A DNA stretch of 61,680 bases from an uncultured Ignavibacteria bacterium (lineage in GTDB: Bacteria; Zixibacteria; MSB-5A5; CAIYYT01), in NCBI GenBank assembly GCA_964468475.1, contig CAYXUL010000004.1, forward strand, positions 1,811 to 63,490. Direction: 5' to 3'. The notes under the pieces are model-generated. The model saw only the letters and a list, made by a program, of their open reading frames with translations, was not told the origin of the DNA and ran no database searches. The translations under genes and the position numbers were made by a program. Each line of letters begins with the position of its first letter. The stretch's first letter is position 1. Shown piece after piece: positions 20,880 to 30,034 of the stretch.

Positions 20880-21111
20880 TATTTTCTCCTCGGTTCAGTT
20901 GAGTTTGTTTATTGCTTTCACTCCGGAACGCAGCAAAACTCGACTAAACCGATCACTGTTTTGGGAGATTTTTCGCAAAAACTCTCGCAAATTCGCGCTT
21001 TGATCAGGGAATTATTGGGTTAAATTAACCGATGAAGAGGCTAATCGCGCCTGCTGCACTGACTTACCGAGATTGCTTCCGCGACACCGTCAATCTCTGA
21101 AGAGAGCTAAT

Positions 21112-21690
21112 ATGACTGACAAAGAACTTGCCGAAGTAACGCAACTGCTACAGGATCTCGCCGGGGGCGACCGTAGCGTAGTTGATTCGCTCTTTCCCAT
21201 TGTCTACAGCCAGTTGCGTCGGCAGGCGCAGGGTCAGCTGCGGGGAGAACGCAAGGACCATACGCTCAATGCTACCGCGCTGGTGCATGAAGCCTATCTC
21301 AAGCTAATCGACCAAACACGGGTAGAATGGCAAAACCGCGCTCATTTCTTTGCAATTGCTGCTCAGGCGATGCGTCGTATTCTAATCAACTACGCGAACC
21401 AGCGCCTTGCACAGAAGCGAGGTGGCGGAGCCGTGATTGCCACGTTTGACGAGGGACTTGTTGCACGCGAATCGCGTGCGGAAGAGCTGATTGCGCTGGA
21501 TCAGGCCCTTGAACGCTTGCGCGAACTGAACGAGCGACAAAGCAAGGTCGTTGAGTACCGTTTCTTTGGCGGCCTGACTCAGGAGGAAATTGCTGCAGTG
21601 CTTGATGTCTCTGAGCCTACCGTCCGTCGAGACTGGCGGCTGGCACGAGCCTGGCTAAGCCGTGAACTCAAGGAGCAATTCCCCGAGTGA
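21112..21690 (+). CDS. ECF-type RNA polymerase sigma factor (Sigma70_ECF/PF07638-like)
   Basis: TQLLQDLAGGDRSVVDSLFPIVYSQLRRQAQGQL...HTLNATALVHEAYLKL is the hallmark N-terminus of this ECF clade. Region 4 HTH is LTQEEIAAVLDVSEPTVRRDW. The start is set at ATG 21112. Confidence 0.85.
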   Translation: MTDKELAEVTQLLQDLAGGDRSVVDSLFPIVYSQLRRQAQGQLRGERKDHTLNATALVHEAYLKLIDQTRVEWQNRAHFFAIAAQAMRRILINYANQRLAQKRGGGAVIATFDEGLVARESRAEELIALDQALERLRELNERQSKVVEYRFFGGLTQEEIAAVLDVSEPTVRRDWRLARAWLSRELKEQFPE

Positions 21691-21752
21691 ATTCTCCGAA
21701 GACTCCGCTATCTGAAAACTGATGATCTATCCTAAAATCATATTGCCCGGCT

Positions 21753-24326
21753 ATGGACTCTAAGAAATGGGAATTGGTTCAGGCTATTTTCGATGCCGCC
21801 GCCGAACTGAACCCTGACCAGCGTGAACAATTCCTGAAGCAGCAGTGCGGAAACGATTCTGAGCTTGAGGCGGAAGTAAAATCGTTGCTCGCTGCGGATG
21901 AAAAGCAACACTCTATGCTCGACGGATTGGCGGTGGACTATGTGTCGCCGGTTGAGTCCGTAGAGTACGAGGGACGGCAGATCGGGCCGTACACGCTGGA
22001 GAGACTGATCGGCAGCGGCGGAATGGGACTGGTGTTTCTCGCGTCCCGCGCGGACGGCCAGTTCAAGCGTAGCGTAGCGCTGAAGCTAATCCGTGATGGC
22101 AGCCTCACACAGGAAATCAGGCTCCGTTTTGATGCCGAGCGCCAAATTCTGGCGCGTCTCGATCACCCCAATATCGCAAGGCTCTTTGACGGGGGATTCT
22201 CCGATACTGGCTATCCCTACTTCACGATGGAGTATGTGGACGGCAAACCGATCGATCAATACTGTCGCGAACATAATCTGCCGATTGAGGATCGTCTCAG
22301 CCTCTTCCTGCAAGTCTGTGCCGCGGTTGAGTACGCCCAGAACAAGGCTGTGATTCATCGTGATCTTAAGCCGACAAACATTCTGGTGACGGCAAATCTC
22401 GAAGTTAAACTGCTCGATTTCGGTATCGCCAAGCTGATCGCCGAGGATGCCACGCACGCCATGACCGAGCTTACGCGCACGGGGATGAGGGTGATGACTC
22501 CTGCTTATGCCGCGCCCGAGCAAATCAGGGGAGAAGCCATCTCGGCGGCGACCGATGTCTATTCGCTGGGTGTTATCCTTTACGAGCTGCTTACGGATCA
22601 GCGTCCGTTTCCCACCGGCAACCGCTCTCAGCAGGAACTGGAGCAGGCAATCTGCTCAACAGATCCGATCAAGCCGAGCGTGGCTGTAGTTACCGACACG
22701 CAGAACGTCCTGGCCGGAGAGCGGCCGACTTTCAGCCATGAGCACGATGATACTCTGAACACGCCGATGTTGCACCGACGCAGCCGCAAATTGCGCGGTG
22801 ACCTTGACAATATCTGCCTGATGGCCCTGCGCAAAGAGCCTGAGCGTCGTTACCAGAATGCTACCGAGCTGATTGCCGACATTCAACGACATCGTGATGG
22901 TCTGCCGGTCAAGGCACGAGCATCAACATTCGGATACCGCGCGCAGAAGTTTCTCCGTCGAAACAAGCTCGCTGTAGCCACCGGTGCCGCCGCCGTCCTG
23001 GTCCTGGCCTTCATCATTGGCTTCTATACAATCAAACTTACCGGCGAACGCGATCTGGCGCAACAGGAGAGCCTCAAAGCCACTGCTGTCTCAAATTTTC
23101 TTACGCGGCTGTTTCAGGTTGCCGATCCCGGCCAAACTCGCGGCGAATCAGTAACAGCGCGGGAGCTTCTCGACCAGGGTGTGGAGCGGATCGACTCAGA
23201 TCTCAAGGATCAGCCGGAGATTCGCGCTCAATTGCTCAACGTCATTGGCGGTGTTTACTACAACCTTGGGATGTATGACGAATCGGCACATCTGCTCAAT
23301 CGCAGCGCTGATCTTTACGACAGTCTCGGAGGTAAGACCCTCGCGGAGGTATCGGCCCTTCACAGCATGGCCAATGCAGTCGACGCCGCCGGCAACAGCG
23401 ACTCAGCACTGGTTCTTTTCCGGGTAGCCTTGTCGAAGTTCGCGGCTTTGCCAGAAGATGCTGCGACTTTGCTCGAACAGGCCGGTACCAAAACCGATAT
23501 GGCGGTCATTTACCGGCATCAGGGTGAGTATGCCGCCGCGGAATCGCTCTATCTCCAGGGTTTGGAAGTCAGACGCAAGCAACTCGGGGAGATGAATGAG
23601 GATGTCGCCCACAGCCTGAATCACGTCGGCCGCCTCTATTACAACCAGGGAGAGTATGATCGAGCCAGGCCATATCTTCGGGAAGCGCTCTCGATTCGAG
23701 AGAAGCTGCTGGGACCGCTCAACCCTGCCACCCTGGCCAGCTTTGGAGCGGTAGCCGGTTTGTTCAGCAAACAGGGCGAGGATGATTCTGCGCGCGTATA
23801 CTACGGCAAAGCGTTGGCGGGATTTCTGAAAGTGATGGGACCGGAGCATCCTTATTCAGCGGCGTGTATGAGTTCTTATGGAAGGGCGCTATTTGACGTG
23901 GGGGAGATTGACTCCGCCGAGTACTGGTTGAATCGCGGTCTGGAGGAGTCACACAAACTCTATCCGCCCGAGCATATCAGCCTGTCATATCCATTACTTG
24001 GGCTGGGCGAAGTCTCGATCGCGCGCAAGAAGTATATCGAAGCAGAGGATTATCTGAAGCGCGCGCTGGAGATCAGAAAGGCGAGCCTCCCGGCGGATCA
24101 CGTCGATGTCGCTGCCGTGCAGCTTGACCTTGGGATCGCCTTAATCGGTCAGACGCGCTTTGCCGATGCACGCGATATCCTGGAAACTTGCCTGAATACG
24201 TTTATGACACGACGGGGGCCCGACGATCAGAACACACAAAAGACACTCCATCAACTGGCAATAGTCTATTATCAACTGGGCGAGTCAGGTGAACTCGCCC
24301 GTGTGAGCGATCTTATCAAAGAATAG
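21753..24326 (+). CDS. Ser/Thr protein kinase with one TM segment and a C-terminal TPR array
   Basis: Hanks kinase motifs GSGGMGLVF, VALK, HRDLKPTNILV, DFGIAK and APE. TM segment is LAVATGAAAVLVLAFIIGFY. The last ~400 aa contain repeated TPR-like units (A..L...A..Y...G.Y..A). Confidence 0.9.
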   Translation: MDSKKWELVQAIFDAAAELNPDQREQFLKQQCGNDSELEAEVKSLLAADEKQHSMLDGLAVDYVSPVESVEYEGRQIGPYTLERLIGSGGMGLVFLASRADGQFKRSVALKLIRDGSLTQEIRLRFDAERQILARLDHPNIARLFDGGFSDTGYPYFTMEYVDGKPIDQYCREHNLPIEDRLSLFLQVCAAVEYAQNKAVIHRDLKPTNILVTANLEVKLLDFGIAKLIAEDATHAMTELTRTGMRVMTPAYAAPEQIRGEAISAATDVYSLGVILYELLTDQRPFPTGNRSQQELEQAICSTDPIKPSVAVVTDTQNVLAGERPTFSHEHDDTLNTPMLHRRSRKLRGDLDNICLMALRKEPERRYQNATELIADIQRHRDGLPVKARASTFGYRAQKFLRRNKLAVATGAAAVLVLAFIIGFYTIKLTGERDLAQQESLKATAVSNFLTRLFQVADPGQTRGESVTARELLDQGVERIDSDLKDQPEIRAQLLNVIGGVYYNLGMYDESAHLLNRSADLYDSLGGKTLAEVSALHSMANAVDAAGNSDSALVLFRVALSKFAALPEDAATLLEQAGTKTDMAVIYRHQGEYAAAESLYLQGLEVRRKQLGEMNEDVAHSLNHVGRLYYNQGEYDRARPYLREALSIREKLLGPLNPATLASFGAVAGLFSKQGEDDSARVYYGKALAGFLKVMGPEHPYSAACMSSYGRALFDVGEIDSAEYWLNRGLEESHKLYPPEHISLSYPLLGLGEVSIARKKYIEAEDYLKRALEIRKASLPADHVDVAAVQLDLGIALIGQTRFADARDILETCLNTFMTRRGPDDQNTQKTLHQLAIVYYQLGESGELARVSDLIKE

Positions 24327-24390
24327 AACCTAAGGCTGGCACTTTATCGCCGCTTGACAGGCTGCATTTCGTTCCCGATTCTAAAAGCTT

Positions 24391-25143
24391 ATGTCCAACA
24401 ATAAGGCAGATCGGTACGGAGGAGCGCGCTTCCCGGAAACTCGACATTCCGCGCTGCGTGCGATTAAGAGTGGAGCCGGCAAACAAAAGCGGCTCGCGCT
24501 GGCAGTGATTACTTCAGCCTATTGGCCGGCAGTGTACAAATACCTGCGGTTGCGATGGCATCGCGATCCGGAGTCAGCCGCTGACCTGACACAATCGTTC
24601 TTCTTAAGTGCCCTTGAGAAGGATTACTTCGCTGACTATGACCCCGAGAAAGCGCGATTCCGCACCTTCATTCGACTCTGTGTTGATCGTTATGTGGCCA
24701 AGTTCGACCGCGCTGCGTCAAGGCTGAAGCGCGGTGGTGATGCAGAACATCTCTCGCTGGACTTTGCCGGGATTGAAGCTGAAATGAGTCGAGGTGCCGC
24801 CAACCCTGAATCTCCGGAAGCGTTTTTCGAAGCCGAGTGGATGCGCACACTGCTGGAGTCCTCGATCGAGCAACTCAAGGCGGAGGCCACAGCAAAGGGA
24901 AAGGGAATACCTCTGCAGGTTTTCGAGCAGTACGATCTCGAGCCGGCAGGAGGCGACGAACGTCCAACGTACCGGGATTTGGCGGAACGACACAGCGTCT
25001 CGGTGGAGACAATTACTAATTATCTCGCCGCAATGCGCCGCGACTTCCGACGCATAATCCTGGAACGCCTGCGGGAGATGACGGCAAATGAAGAGGAGTT
25101 TCGTGTGGAGGCGAGAGTCGTCCTGGGGGCAGATCCTGAATGA
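24391..25143 (+). CDS. sigma-70 family (ECF-like) sigma factor
   Basis: Region 2-like DLTQSFFLSALEKDYF...FRTFIRLCVDRYVAKFDR...KRGG. Region 4-like YRDLAERHSVSVETITNYLAAMRRDF. The linker between them is unusually long. Confidence 0.7.
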   Translation: MSNNKADRYGGARFPETRHSALRAIKSGAGKQKRLALAVITSAYWPAVYKYLRLRWHRDPESAADLTQSFFLSALEKDYFADYDPEKARFRTFIRLCVDRYVAKFDRAASRLKRGGDAEHLSLDFAGIEAEMSRGAANPESPEAFFEAEWMRTLLESSIEQLKAEATAKGKGIPLQVFEQYDLEPAGGDERPTYRDLAERHSVSVETITNYLAAMRRDFRRIILERLREMTANEEEFRVEARVVLGADPE

Positions 25144-26216
25144 GTTGGCTTTCAGACGATAGCATGAAGCATCTGCGTTCGGTAGTGGATTTACCCGATC
25201 TTTCCAAAACTCATTACAAGTTAATCGAGAGAATCGCGTCGGGTGGCATGGCAACAGTCTACAAAGCTGAAGACACCCGCCTCAAACGCCCGGTTGCGAT
25301 CAAGGTGCTGAGCAGTACCAACTTCACCGATGAATTCATCGCGCGAATGACGCAGGAAGCTCACCTGATCGCCGAACTCGAACACCCCGGAATTGTCCCG
25401 ATTCACGACCTTGGCACGCTTCCTGATGGACGGGTCTACTACGTGATGAAGCATGTAGAAGGCACCACTCTTGAAGAACTCATTCACCGCGAACCAGAAA
25501 TATCTGTGCGACTGCGAATTTTGCAGAAGGTCATTGAGGCAGTGAGCTTCGCTCATTCGAAGCATATCATCCATCGCGATTTGAAACCCGCAAATATCAT
25601 GATCGGTGCCTTCGGCGAAGTGCTGGTGATGGATTGGGGAATCGCAGCGCAGCTGAATACCGCAGAGAGGCCCCGTCAAACAGCCATTGGGAAGGCAGTC
25701 GATTTCATCATGGAGCATGTCGAGCAGGTACAGCAGCCGGATATTGAAACCGCTCACGGCACCGTGCTGGGAACACCGGCTTTCATGTCGCCGGAGCAGG
25801 CCAGGGGGGAAACCGATGTGATCGATAATCGGTCAGATATCTACTCATTGGGCGCGGTGCTCTATTTTCTCCTCACTGACCAGGCACCGTTTCAGGGTAC
25901 AGATGCAAAAGTAATTGCCGAGCGAGTGCTCATGGGTGACTTTATTCCGCCGCGACAATTGGAACGATCGCTGTCCAAACAGCTTGAGGCAATTTGTTTG
26001 AAAGCAATGTCATTGCAGGCTGCTGATCGCTATCAGCAAGTTTCCGAGCTTGGCAAAGACCTAACAGATTGTCTCGACGGCAAGCCGGTGGCTGCCTATC
26101 GTGAGAATTTCTTCGAGCGCTCCGGCCGCTGGGTCGCCAACAACCAGTTCATTGTCCTTCTACTGGTAGCTTATGTAGTCGTGAGATTTCTCATACTAGT
26201 CCTGATGGGACACTAA
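25140..26216 (+). CDS. Ser/Thr protein kinase, C-terminally membrane-anchored
   Basis: GGMATVYKA, VAIK, HRDLKPANIMI, DWGIA and SPEQ. C-terminal TM is FIVLLLVAYVVVRFLILVLM. The start overlaps the stop of the sigma gene (ATGA). Confidence 0.9.
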   Translation: MSWLSDDSMKHLRSVVDLPDLSKTHYKLIERIASGGMATVYKAEDTRLKRPVAIKVLSSTNFTDEFIARMTQEAHLIAELEHPGIVPIHDLGTLPDGRVYYVMKHVEGTTLEELIHREPEISVRLRILQKVIEAVSFAHSKHIIHRDLKPANIMIGAFGEVLVMDWGIAAQLNTAERPRQTAIGKAVDFIMEHVEQVQQPDIETAHGTVLGTPAFMSPEQARGETDVIDNRSDIYSLGAVLYFLLTDQAPFQGTDAKVIAERVLMGDFIPPRQLERSLSKQLEAICLKAMSLQAADRYQQVSELGKDLTDCLDGKPVAAYRENFFERSGRWVANNQFIVLLLVAYVVVRFLILVLMGH

Positions 26217-26289
26217 AGGATTCTAATCGGGTGGGTAATAGAGTGATAGAGATGCTTGTGGATCTGGAACATGGAAGGAGAGATGCCTG

Positions 26290-26673
26290 ATGTCCAATAT
26301 TTCAAAACCGCTGCTGGGACTGATCCTGGGCGCGATTTTAGGCAGCTTTGACGGCTTATCGAGCTTGGTCTCGGCTCCCGAAGTTGCCCCTATGCTTGCC
26401 AGTATTGTGATTGGGTCGACTATCAAGGGGATGATTGCCGGTGTCATCATCGGCTTTGTAGCCAGGAAGACCGATTCCCTCGCCCTTGGTCTCGCAGTCG
26501 GTTTAGTCGTTGGTCTGGCGCTTGCTTTCGCGGTGGCGGCAATGCCCGCCGACAACCAGGGCACGCACTACTGGCTGGAGATAATGATTCCGGGCTCTCT
26601 GGTAGGGCTGATTCTGGGATACGCTACGCAACGATATGGCAGAAAGCCGGCCCGGCATCAGGTTGGGCAGTAA
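26290..26673 (+). CDS. small Gly/Ala-rich integral membrane protein, unknown function
   Basis: 127 aa with four predicted TM helices. I recognise no family. Confidence 0.5.
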   Translation: MSNISKPLLGLILGAILGSFDGLSSLVSAPEVAPMLASIVIGSTIKGMIAGVIIGFVARKTDSLALGLAVGLVVGLALAFAVAAMPADNQGTHYWLEIMIPGSLVGLILGYATQRYGRKPARHQVGQ

Positions 26674-26725
26674 TCGCACGACAAATCAACAATCCAATAA
26701 CGTGATTTTACAGGAGAAACGACAA

Positions 26726-27076
26726 ATGGCACAGCCGGTAGTACATTGGGAAGTATCAGTAAATGACTATGCCAAAGGCATCGAGTTTTACAGCAAGTTA
26801 TTCAACTGGGATTTTCAGAAATTCGAGGGTGCTGACTACTCAGTCGTAGCGGCAGCGGGCGAGAAGTCTATCGGTGGCGGCATCGGTCCGGTTCAGAAAG
26901 GGCAGAAGCCGACCGTGACTTTCTACGTACAGGTCGACGATTTACAAGCCTATCTCGATAAAGCAGAGAGTCTCGGAGGCAAGACCATCGCACCCCCAAC
27001 TCCGATACCGGGTGTGGGCTCCAGTGCAATGTTTGCCGATCCTGATGGCAATTTGATCGGCCTGTTCAGCAGCTAG
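26726..27076 (+). CDS. VOC/glyoxalase-family protein
   Basis: The start is set at ATG 26726, which is preceded by AGGAGA at 26712-26717. VHWEVSVNDYAKGIEFYSKLFNW ... FADPDGNLIGLF. Confidence 0.75.
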   Translation: MAQPVVHWEVSVNDYAKGIEFYSKLFNWDFQKFEGADYSVVAAAGEKSIGGGIGPVQKGQKPTVTFYVQVDDLQAYLDKAESLGGKTIAPPTPIPGVGSSAMFADPDGNLIGLFSS

Positions 27077-27111
27077 GTCACCTCAGACAGAGAGAATTGT
27101 TTCGTACGACA

Positions 27112-27135
27112 CGGGCAAGGCGCGGTGCCTGCCCG
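27112..27135. terminator. hairpin between convergent genes (possible bidirectional terminator)
   Basis: CGGGCA(A)GGC-gcggt-GCCTGCCCG gives 9 bp with a one-nt bulge. Only a short T run follows. Confidence 0.35.
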
Positions 27136-27137
27136 TT

Positions 27138-27677
27138 TCACTTATCCGGAGGGAAATCTCGCAGAATTTTCTCGACTGCCTTATCGACGTGCTTGCGAGT
27201 TGACTGCGGAGAAGAAATCACTCCGGCTCTCGAACCTCTCCAGATCAACTGTCTTGACCGGGCATCTATAATGTCTATCACCAGTGTTCCCGACTTGTAG
27301 GACCTCTCTGGCAGCCGGCGCTTACCATACCATTTTCGCGGGCCGTAGGAATATCCCCATCTGTGAACGTTGACTTTTCCGTTCTCCCCGCCATGATAGG
27401 CGACCAGCAAATCTGCGCTTGCAGGGTTTTGTTGCCGGAAGCCTTTAGTGGTGAGTTCACGTGTGATCGACGCTTCGATTTGCAAAACCGCGGGAGGGTT
27501 TTGGTCGAGAAGACTATTCGGATTCGCTGTTGGCCTTTCCAGCAGAGCAAAAGAGCGGTAACCGAGGAAATTCGCGACTGGATCTGAGTCGCTGCCTACA
27601 GATGCGGTAGAGCAAGACCAGATTAGTGACGGAATTAGCAGCAGCAATAAAAGCCTGGGATTGAGAGCTGATTTCAA
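27138..27677 (-). CDS. DUF4136-type lipoprotein
   Basis: Signal peptide plus Cys (LIWSC). ADLLVAYHG and GTLVIDIIDARSRQLIWRG match the DUF4136 pattern. Confidence 0.7.
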   Translation of the reverse strand: MKSALNPRLLLLLLIPSLIWSCSTASVGSDSDPVANFLGYRSFALLERPTANPNSLLDQNPPAVLQIEASITRELTTKGFRQQNPASADLLVAYHGGENGKVNVHRWGYSYGPRKWYGKRRLPERSYKSGTLVIDIIDARSRQLIWRGSRAGVISSPQSTRKHVDKAVEKILRDFPPDK

Positions 27678-27780
27678 TGTAATAGCTCCATTTCGATGTC
27701 CGGCTGGCGCTTCAGATCGCGCCGGCAGAGGAAATGCAAATAGTGTTGCATTTTGAACCAGAAAATCTTAAGTCTGAGAT

Positions 27781-27815
27781 AATCCGTCGGTGAGAAACCG
27801 ACGGATTTTTCTTCT
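27781..27815 (+). terminator. orphan Rho-independent terminator (no annotated plus-strand gene upstream)
   Basis: A 10-bp perfect stem AATCCGTCGG / CCGACGGATT with loop TGAGAAA, followed by TTTCTTCT. Confidence 0.6.
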
Positions 27816-28058
27816 AATGAAGTATATCGGCTCCGAATGGGAGCAGACTTATACCAGTAAAGCAATTCCCGGCGTGACGTGTGACGTCAGTGCGAGCTAA
27901 ACAGCGAGGCAATACTGCCGAAACAATACTATGGAAGGTAGAGTTCGGGTTCAGCTATTGCACAGAGGAGTTCATGGACTGCACACCATGTAATGAATCG
28001 AATCACCTCCAAAGATTTGCGCTACCGCAGGACGATAACGCAAACAGGAGGTGTTAAA

Positions 28059-28619
28059 ATGTTAAAATCACTACTCAAACCACACCATCTGCTCACTATT
28101 GCTGTTGCCCTGTTCTGCTTCGCGATGATCTTCACCATGGATGTCAAGGCTGACGACAGCATTACTATCCGCCGCGATTTCCAGGGTGGAAAGCAGTTCA
28201 CCGTCGAGCAGCCAAATTCAATTCTGGCAAAATGGAGCATGGCATTAGATGGTGTTGCCACCGAGTACATTTTGACCTACAAAGGCTTGAGAGGCGCCGA
28301 TTCGATAGACGTCGAGTCGAAAGTAATCGAGCGCACCGTAGCCGGAAAGGTCCTGCGGACAATCAGTACCGATGACAATGTTCTGGCGGTAAACCAGTTC
28401 GGCGACATGATCTATAAGGTTGAATCGCTCACCTTTGCCTTCCGTCAGAATAAAGGCATTCTGACTTATGAGATCCTGTCCGACTGGAGTCGCAGTTACT
28501 CGAACCTGGCTTCCAATGCGCACACGTGCAACCGGGGCCACGAGTACGTCAACAGCGAGGGTGACGGCTGTCCGATCTGCAACGGCGCGGCGCTGGCGGC
28601 CCAGAATCAGGAGAAGTAG
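28059..28619 (+). CDS. hypothetical secreted protein with a C-terminal CxxxH...CxxC knuckle
   Basis: AGGAGG lies 9-10 nt upstream of ATG 28059. Signal peptide MLKSLLKPHHLLTIAVALFCFAMIFTMDVKA. C-terminus HTCNRGHEYVNSEGDGCPICNG. A strong terminator follows. Confidence 0.5.
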   Translation: MLKSLLKPHHLLTIAVALFCFAMIFTMDVKADDSITIRRDFQGGKQFTVEQPNSILAKWSMALDGVATEYILTYKGLRGADSIDVESKVIERTVAGKVLRTISTDDNVLAVNQFGDMIYKVESLTFAFRQNKGILTYEILSDWSRSYSNLASNAHTCNRGHEYVNSEGDGCPICNGAALAAQNQEK

Positions 28620-28711
28620 GAGAGTACTAACCACCGCTACGAAGAATTGACAAATCTCCACATAGGCTGCATACAGAAGTATACCAGTCAAGAAATCAGC
28701 ATTGACCTCAA

Positions 28712-28756
28712 CGCTCCCGTCGACTAAATTCATCGACGGGAGCGATCTTTATTTAC
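28712..28756 (+). terminator. Rho-independent terminator
   Basis: A perfect 12-bp stem CGCTCCCGTCGA / TCGACGGGAGCG with a 9-nt loop, followed by ATCTTTATTT. It is downstream of the 28059..28619 gene and insulates it from the PAAR gene. Confidence 0.7.
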
Positions 28757-28909
28757 GTATAAACTGCAAATCCGATCTGGATAGAAGCGCGGTGCGATTT
28801 ATCCGAACCATCTAAGCACTTATCCGACAAATAGATCGAAATGGTTAAGCGAACGCTAGGGCGCCGTGTATTCCGCCCTAAAGCTAATCAACATAGGTAA
28901 CAAGTAGTT

Positions 28910-30016
28910 ATGGGTAAGCCGGCAGCAAGAGTAGGGGACATGACCAGCCACGGTGGCGTTATCGCCGTAGGATGTCCTACGGTGCTTATTGGGGGAATGC
29001 CAGCCGCCAGGGTCGGCGATATGCACACCTGCCCAATGGTTTCTCCCGGCCCGGTACCACACGTCGGCGGCCCCGTTTCGCTGGGATCGACCGGAGTTCT
29101 TATCGCCAATATGCCCGCCGCGAGAATGGGGGACATGTGTGTCTGCACAGGACCGCCCGACTCAATAGCTGCGGGGTGCCCAACTGTGTTGATCGGCGAA
29201 ACCGGCGCCGGAGGAGGCGCTGGTGGCGGCAGCGGCAGTGCAAAGTCAGTGGCCGCCGGGGAGGCCTCGTCCGACGATTCCACCGCAGCTTCAGAATCCG
29301 GCGGCGGAGATAATGACAGCGATAGTGATGAGGGGCACTTCCTTCATACCGATTTTGTCGATAAGGCCGGATTTCCGATTACCGGCGTCAATTTCAAGCT
29401 GAAGCTCCCCGATGGCTCTGAGTCCTCCGGTCCGATGACCGGCACAGTTAAACAGGACGTCGAAAAAACTGGCAACTACGATATCGAACTTCACGGCGTA
29501 ATCAACGCGCAGTGGTCAAAAGAACGCGCTAAAGTGGGCGATAGCGTGACGATGTCGGCTGAGGCAGTGGGCATAGATGACGGAACGGAAGCTACTCTCG
29601 AACTCAGCGTGTATGACCCGAATTACGCCACGCGTACGATAAAATCGTTCAAAGTCTCGATTAGCGGCGGCAAAGTCCAGCATGATTGGAAAGTAGAGTT
29701 AGATCAGGCTTACTTGCAGATTCAGGATGAGAAATCGGAGTCAGCTAACTATTCATCACCTCTCTTCTTCTTCAAGGTGAAGGCTGGAGAATCCGAAACA
29801 CGTTCCGGTTTTCTTACCATCCTCGACGACTTCGAATTCAATCTAAAGGATAAAGACGGCAATCCGCTGGGGGACAAGAAGTACCGTCTCTACGCTTGCA
29901 CCGGCGAAATCAGGGAGGGCACCCTTGACGGCAACGGACACGCCAAGGAAACCGATGTCCCCGCCGGGCGCGTGCAGGTGTTCGTCGACATCAAAGATGA
30001 AAAATTCAACAACTGA
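28910..30016 (+). CDS. PAAR-domain protein with Gly/Ser/Asp linker and a ~225-aa C-terminal extension of unknown function
   Basis: There are three PAAR repeats, KPAARVGD, MPAARVGD and MPAARMGD, each followed by a Cys/His and CPTVLIG. The linker GETGAGGGAGGGSGS...DNDSDSDEG comes next, then a beta-rich region. Confidence 0.9.
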   Translation: MGKPAARVGDMTSHGGVIAVGCPTVLIGGMPAARVGDMHTCPMVSPGPVPHVGGPVSLGSTGVLIANMPAARMGDMCVCTGPPDSIAAGCPTVLIGETGAGGGAGGGSGSAKSVAAGEASSDDSTAASESGGGDNDSDSDEGHFLHTDFVDKAGFPITGVNFKLKLPDGSESSGPMTGTVKQDVEKTGNYDIELHGVINAQWSKERAKVGDSVTMSAEAVGIDDGTEATLELSVYDPNYATRTIKSFKVSISGGKVQHDWKVELDQAYLQIQDEKSESANYSSPLFFFKVKAGESETRSGFLTILDDFEFNLKDKDGNPLGDKKYRLYACTGEIREGTLDGNGHAKETDVPAGRVQVFVDIKDEKFNN

Positions 30017-30034
30017 TGAAAGGCAAGCGCGCAA

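Noticed and set aside
28888-29283. 131-aa Pro/Ala-rich minus-strand ORF, plus a 113-aa plus-strand ORF at 28972..29313
   Set aside because: They are shadow frames of the GC-rich PAAR domain and Gly linker. The PAAR frame has three unmistakable PAAR repeats.
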